DNA of 32,000 nucleotides from Mycobacterium tuberculosis H37Rv (GTDB lineage Bacteria; Actinomycetota; Actinomycetes; Mycobacteriales; Mycobacteriaceae): NCBI RefSeq assembly GCF_000195955.2, contig NC_000962.3, positions 3,840,001 to 3,872,000 of the forward strand, read 5' to 3'. Shown piece by piece: positions 28,239 to 32,000 of this stretch (position 1 is its first letter; each line of letters starts with the position of its first letter). The notes under the pieces were generated by a model. It saw only the letters and a program-made list of their open reading frames with translations, ran no database searches and was not told where the DNA came from. The position numbers and the translations under genes were made by a program.

Positions 28239-28351
28239 GCTGGGCGACGGTATGCAGCGCGAGAATCCGCCGCAAGTCGCTTGTGGACAACCGAATACCG
28301 GGCGATCGAGAACCGGCTACCGTTCCGGTGATCCGAGAATAAAGGGGGAGA

Positions 28352-29755
28352 ATGCCTACGTCTGATCCGGGACTGCGCCGGGTCACCGTACATGCCGGCG
28401 CCCAGGCCGTCGACCTGACCTTGCCCGCCGCGGTGCCCGTCGCGACTCTGATCCCGTCGATCGTCGACATCCTGGGTGACCGTGGCGCCAGCCCGGCGAC
28501 GGCGGCGCGCTACCAGCTGTCTGCCCTGGGGGCGCCAGCTCTGCCAAACGCAACGACATTGGCGCAATGCGGTATCCGCGACGGCGCCGTCCTGGTCTTG
28601 CATAAGTCCAGCGCCCAGCCGCCCACCCCCCGCTGTGACGATGTGGCCGAAGCGGTGGCGGCGGCGCTTGACACCACAGCCCGGCCCCAATGCCAGCGCA
28701 CGACCCGGCTCAGCGGTGCGCTGGCGGCAAGCTGCATCACCGCCGGCGGCGGCCTGATGCTGGTTCGAAACGCCCTCGGCACCAACGTAACCCGCTACTC
28801 CGACGCCACGGCCGGAGTTGTAGCGGCGGCCGGCTTGGCTGCCTTGCTGTTTGCGGTGATTGCATGCCGGACATATCGGGACCCGATCGCCGGCCTCACG
28901 TTGAGCGTTATCGCCACCATATTCGGTGCTGTTGCCGGCCTACTGGCGGTGCCCGGGGTCCCCGGTGTCCATAGCGTGCTAGTTGCCGCGATGGCGGCGG
29001 CCGCCACGTCGGTGCTGGCAATGCGCATAACGGGTTGTGGGGGTATCACGTTGACCGCGGTGGCGTGCTGCGCGGTAGTCGTCGCGGCCGCTACGCTGGT
29101 CGGCGCGATCACTGCGGCCCCGGTGCCTGCCATCGGTTCGCTGGCCACGCTGGCATCCTTTGGTCTGTTAGAGGTATCCGCGCGGATGGCAGTCCTGTTG
29201 GCGGGGTTGTCGCCACGATTGCCGCCCGCGCTGAACCCCGACGACGCCGATGCCCTGCCCACCACGGATCGGCTGACCACCCGAGCGAACCGTGCAGATG
29301 CTTGGTTGACGAGCCTGCTGGCGGCCTTCGCGGCCTCGGCGACCATCGGTGCCATCGGAACCGCCGTCGCAACCCACGGCATCCACAGGTCCAGCATGGG
29401 CGGTATCGCGTTGGCCGCCGTCACCGGTGCGCTGCTGCTGCTACGAGCACGTTCAGCAGACACCAGAAGGTCACTGGTGTTTGCCATCTGTGGAATCACC
29501 ACCGTTGCAACGGCATTTACCGTCGCCGCGGATCGGGCTCTGGAACACGGGCCGTGGATTGCCGCGCTGACCGCCATGCTGGCCGCCGTGGCAATGTTTT
29601 TGGGCTTCGTCGCTCCCGCGTTGTCGCTCTCGCCCGTCACGTACCGCACCATCGAATTGCTGGAGTGTCTGGCGCTGATCGCAATGGTTCCATTGACCGC
29701 TTGGCTATGCGGCGCCTACAGCGCCGTTCGCCACCTCGACCTGACATGGACATGA
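28352..29755 (+). CDS. eccD4: ESX-4 membrane channel protein EccD4 (467 aa)
   Basis: Ubiquitin-like N-terminus (LRRVTVHAGAQAVDLTLPAAVPVATLIPSIVDIL) followed by multiple TM helices. Confidence 0.95.
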   Translation: MPTSDPGLRRVTVHAGAQAVDLTLPAAVPVATLIPSIVDILGDRGASPATAARYQLSALGAPALPNATTLAQCGIRDGAVLVLHKSSAQPPTPRCDDVAEAVAAALDTTARPQCQRTTRLSGALAASCITAGGGLMLVRNALGTNVTRYSDATAGVVAAAGLAALLFAVIACRTYRDPIAGLTLSVIATIFGAVAGLLAVPGVPGVHSVLVAAMAAAATSVLAMRITGCGGITLTAVACCAVVVAAATLVGAITAAPVPAIGSLATLASFGLLEVSARMAVLLAGLSPRLPPALNPDDADALPTTDRLTTRANRADAWLTSLLAAFAASATIGAIGTAVATHGIHRSSMGGIALAAVTGALLLLRARSADTRRSLVFAICGITTVATAFTVAADRALEHGPWIAALTAMLAAVAMFLGFVAPALSLSPVTYRTIELLECLALIAMVPLTAWLCGAYSAVRHLDLTWT

Positions 29756-31119
29756 CCACGTCCCGTACCCTGCGCCTGCTGGTGGTATCAGCGCTCGCGA
29801 CGCTGTCTGGGTTGGGAACGCCGGTTGCCCACGCGGTTTCGCCGCCGCCGATCGACGAAAGATGGCTACCCGAATCTGCGCTGCCGGCGCCGCCGCGGCC
29901 GACCGTACAACGTGAGGTATGCACCGAGGTCACCGCCGAATCGGGACGGGCTTTCGGCCGGGCTGAGCGGTCCGCTCAACTCGCCGACCTCGACCAGGTC
30001 TGGCGACTCACCCGCGGCGCCGGCCAACGGGTCGCGGTCATCGACACCGGCGTTGCGCGCCATCGACGGTTGCCCAAGGTGGTTGCCGGCGGTGACTATG
30101 TCTTCACCGGGGACGGCACCGCGGATTGCGATGCACACGGCACGCTGGTGGCCGGAATTATCGCGGCCGCACCGGATGCGCAAAGCGACAATTTCAGCGG
30201 GGTGGCACCCGATGTCACCTTGATCAGCATTCGCCAGTCCAGCAGCAAGTTCGCACCGGTCGGCGACCCGTCCAGCACAGGTGTTGGTGACGTCGACACC
30301 ATGGCGAAGGCCGTGCGGACGGCCGCCGACCTCGGCGCGTCGGTGATCAACATCTCGTCGATTGCCTGCGTTCCGGCCGCGGCTGCGCCGGACGACCGCG
30401 CGCTAGGTGCCGCTTTGGCCTATGCGGTCGATGTCAAGAACGCCGTCATCGTGGCCGCGGCCGGCAATACCGGCGGCGCCGCGCAGTGTCCGCCGCAGGC
30501 CCCCGGGGTAACCCGGGACAGCGTCACGGTTGCGGTGAGTCCGGCCTGGTACGACGACTACGTGCTGACCGTAGGTTCGGTGAACGCCCAAGGCGAACCC
30601 TCGGCATTCACTCTCGCCGGCCCCTGGGTGGATGTCGCCGCCACCGGCGAGGCGGTGACCTCGCTCAGCCCGTTCGGTGACGGGACCGTGAACAGGCTTG
30701 GCGGACAGCATGGTTCGATTCCGATATCCGGAACCAGTTATGCGGCGCCGGTCGTCAGCGGCCTGGCCGCCCTGATCCGGGCCCGCTTTCCGACGTTGAC
30801 CGCACGGCAGGTGATGCAGCGCATCGAATCTACCGCGCATCACCCACCCGCCGGATGGGATCCGCTCGTCGGCAACGGCACGGTCGATGCCCTGGCTGCG
30901 GTCAGCAGCGACTCGATTCCGCAGGCCGGCACCGCAACGAGCGACCCCGCTCCGGTGGCGGTGCCGGTCCCTAGGCGGTCAACGCCCGGCCCATCGGATC
31001 GCCGCGCCCTACACACCGCCTTTGCTGGTGCCGCGATCTGCCTGCTCGCGCTGATGGCAACCCTGGCCACCGCCAGCCGCCGGCTACGGCCCGGGCGCAA
31101 CGGTATCGCGGGCGACTGA
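29752..31119 (+). CDS. mycP4: ESX-4 mycosin, subtilisin-like membrane-anchored protease MycP4 (455 aa)
   Basis: Catalytic motifs VIDTGVARH, DAHGTLVAG, GTSYAAPVVSGL; N-terminal signal sequence and C-terminal TM AGAAICLLALMATLA. ATGA overlap with eccD4. Confidence 0.96.
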   Translation: MTTSRTLRLLVVSALATLSGLGTPVAHAVSPPPIDERWLPESALPAPPRPTVQREVCTEVTAESGRAFGRAERSAQLADLDQVWRLTRGAGQRVAVIDTGVARHRRLPKVVAGGDYVFTGDGTADCDAHGTLVAGIIAAAPDAQSDNFSGVAPDVTLISIRQSSSKFAPVGDPSSTGVGDVDTMAKAVRTAADLGASVINISSIACVPAAAAPDDRALGAALAYAVDVKNAVIVAAAGNTGGAAQCPPQAPGVTRDSVTVAVSPAWYDDYVLTVGSVNAQGEPSAFTLAGPWVDVAATGEAVTSLSPFGDGTVNRLGGQHGSIPISGTSYAAPVVSGLAALIRARFPTLTARQVMQRIESTAHHPPAGWDPLVGNGTVDALAAVSSDSIPQAGTATSDPAPVAVPVPRRSTPGPSDRRALHTAFAGAAICLLALMATLATASRRLRPGRNGIAGD

Positions 31120-32000
31120 CGCGTTGGCTCTACTCAGCTCCGGTCCGGACGGCAGTGTCGCCAACACCGGCCACGGCGCCGGGATGGCAGCCGTCGGCAG
31201 ACCGAGGTCGTGTGCCACGTCGTCGTCGTGGATCGCGAACCGCACTCCGGTGTCGGTGACCAGGTAGCGCGTGCCGGTGCCGCCGCCGGACAGGCTGCGC
31301 GCGGCTACGTAGGCGCTGCGTCCCGGCGGCAGGTACACCGCGTCCAGTGCGGGGCCGCGACCGTCGGCTTGTGCCAGTGTCACCGGAACCCCTCCGAGGG
31401 GCACCGGCGGGCCGCTGCCCGCCAAGAACGCGACGCGAGCAGCACCCGGCTGCGCGGGCGTCCAGGTCACGCACAACGTGGTGACCGCCCTTCCCGGCGA
31501 GCCGTCCACCGGTGTTGGCGGCCGGTCGGGAAAGGCCGACACCGGCAAGGTGTTCACGATCGGAGCGACGCGAATCACATCGGGGGCCACCGTCGGGACG
31601 TTGACGCTGCCCTGCGAATCGCCGAACCGCAACAAATCCGCGGCGACCTGGCCGATGCGCTGCACGCCGTCCTCCAGCACCACGTAATACTCATCACCGC
31701 TCGCGCGAGTGATGCGCACCACACCGCCGACCAGAAACCCGGGCAGCCCGACCGAGGCCCGCCCGCCGCCACGAATCCGGGGAGCCGTGATGCGCGGTGC
31801 CTCCGGGACGGCGTTGAGCAACGATTGCGCGACCACGTGCGGGACCCGGCCCTGCAGCCGCAGCGCCCACACCACCGCCGGGTCGGCCAGATCCACCACG
31901 GCCCGCCGACCGCCGTAGAGCAGGTAGGTGGGCGAACCTGATTCGGTCGCCACCAGGATCATCTGTTCGGCGGTCAGCACCTGCGCCGACGAGTCTTCGG
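31084..32000 (-). CDS. eccB4: ESX-4 membrane protein EccB4, C-terminal part (start beyond the window)
   Basis: EDSSAQVLTAEQMILVATESGSPTYLLYGGRRAVVDLADPAVVWALRLQG...APRITAPRIRGGGRASVGLPGFLVGGVVRI...YVVLEDGVQRIGQVAADLLR; EccB signature region. Confidence 0.94.
   Translation of the reverse strand, partial: EDSSAQVLTAEQMILVATESGSPTYLLYGGRRAVVDLADPAVVWALRLQGRVPHVVAQSLLNAVPEAPRITAPRIRGGGRASVGLPGFLVGGVVRITRASGDEYYVVLEDGVQRIGQVAADLLRFGDSQGSVNVPTVAPDVIRVAPIVNTLPVSAFPDRPPTPVDGSPGRAVTTLCVTWTPAQPGAARVAFLAGSGPPVPLGGVPVTLAQADGRGPALDAVYLPPGRSAYVAARSLSGGGTGTRYLVTDTGVRFAIHDDDVAHDLGLPTAAIPAPWPVLATLPSGPELSRANASVARDTVAPGP

Noticed and set aside
29035-29751. N-terminal extension of the mycP4 ORF (694 aa in the track)
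   Set aside because: The extension overlaps eccD4 in another frame; a signal peptide begins at the ATG at 29752, which overlaps the eccD4 stop.
22624-32000. ESX-4 locus considered as a new secretion system variant
   Set aside because: Gene content and order (esxT, esxU, Rv3446c, eccC, eccD, mycP, eccB) match the known ESX-4 system of M. tuberculosis; not novel as a whole.
1-32000. tRNA/rRNA genes, CRISPR arrays, toxin-antitoxin or phage modules
   Set aside because: No motifs or repeat structures supporting any of these were found on reading either strand.

Overview
This 32 kb window matches the Mycobacterium tuberculosis complex chromosome around alr to ESX-4 (Rv3422c to Rv3450c in H37Rv-style naming, recognised from protein sequences and gene order; no database search was run). 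It has three parts. (1) 1-10.3 kb is a mosaic accessory region: tsaE(partial)/alr, then three related short PPE cassettes (PPE57/58/59-like), interrupted by an IS21-family element (IS1532-like, istA/istB), an IS3-family element (IS1540-like) and a truncated IS256/Mutator element (IS1552-like). (2) 10.3-22.4 kb is mostly housekeeping: gadB, nnr, two membrane proteins, glmS, two small or unknown proteins, an unusual secretion-substrate-like pair (Rv3440c/Rv3439c), glmM, rpsI and rplM. (3) 22.6-32 kb is the ESX-4 type VII secretion locus: esxT, esxU, Rv3446c, eccC4, eccD4, mycP4 and eccB4 (partial). Main observations: a 1-bp frameshift explains the longer C-terminus of the PPE58-like ORF; short remnants resembling EsxK-type and EsxN-type genes lie downstream of the PPE copies, and IS1532 sits inside the EsxN-like remnant; IstA of IS1532 is split by a frameshift consistent with loss of one 5-bp repeat; IS1540 has a nonsense codon in orfA and a frameshift in orfB, and its right end cuts IS1552; an approximately 0.75 kb block is duplicated upstream of PPE57 and PPE59; Rv3440c/Rv3439c look like a type VII substrate-like pair close to ESX-4; a perfect 17-bp-stem terminator follows esxT. 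I found no CRISPR array, tRNA or rRNA, and no clear previously undescribed defence or biosynthetic system.
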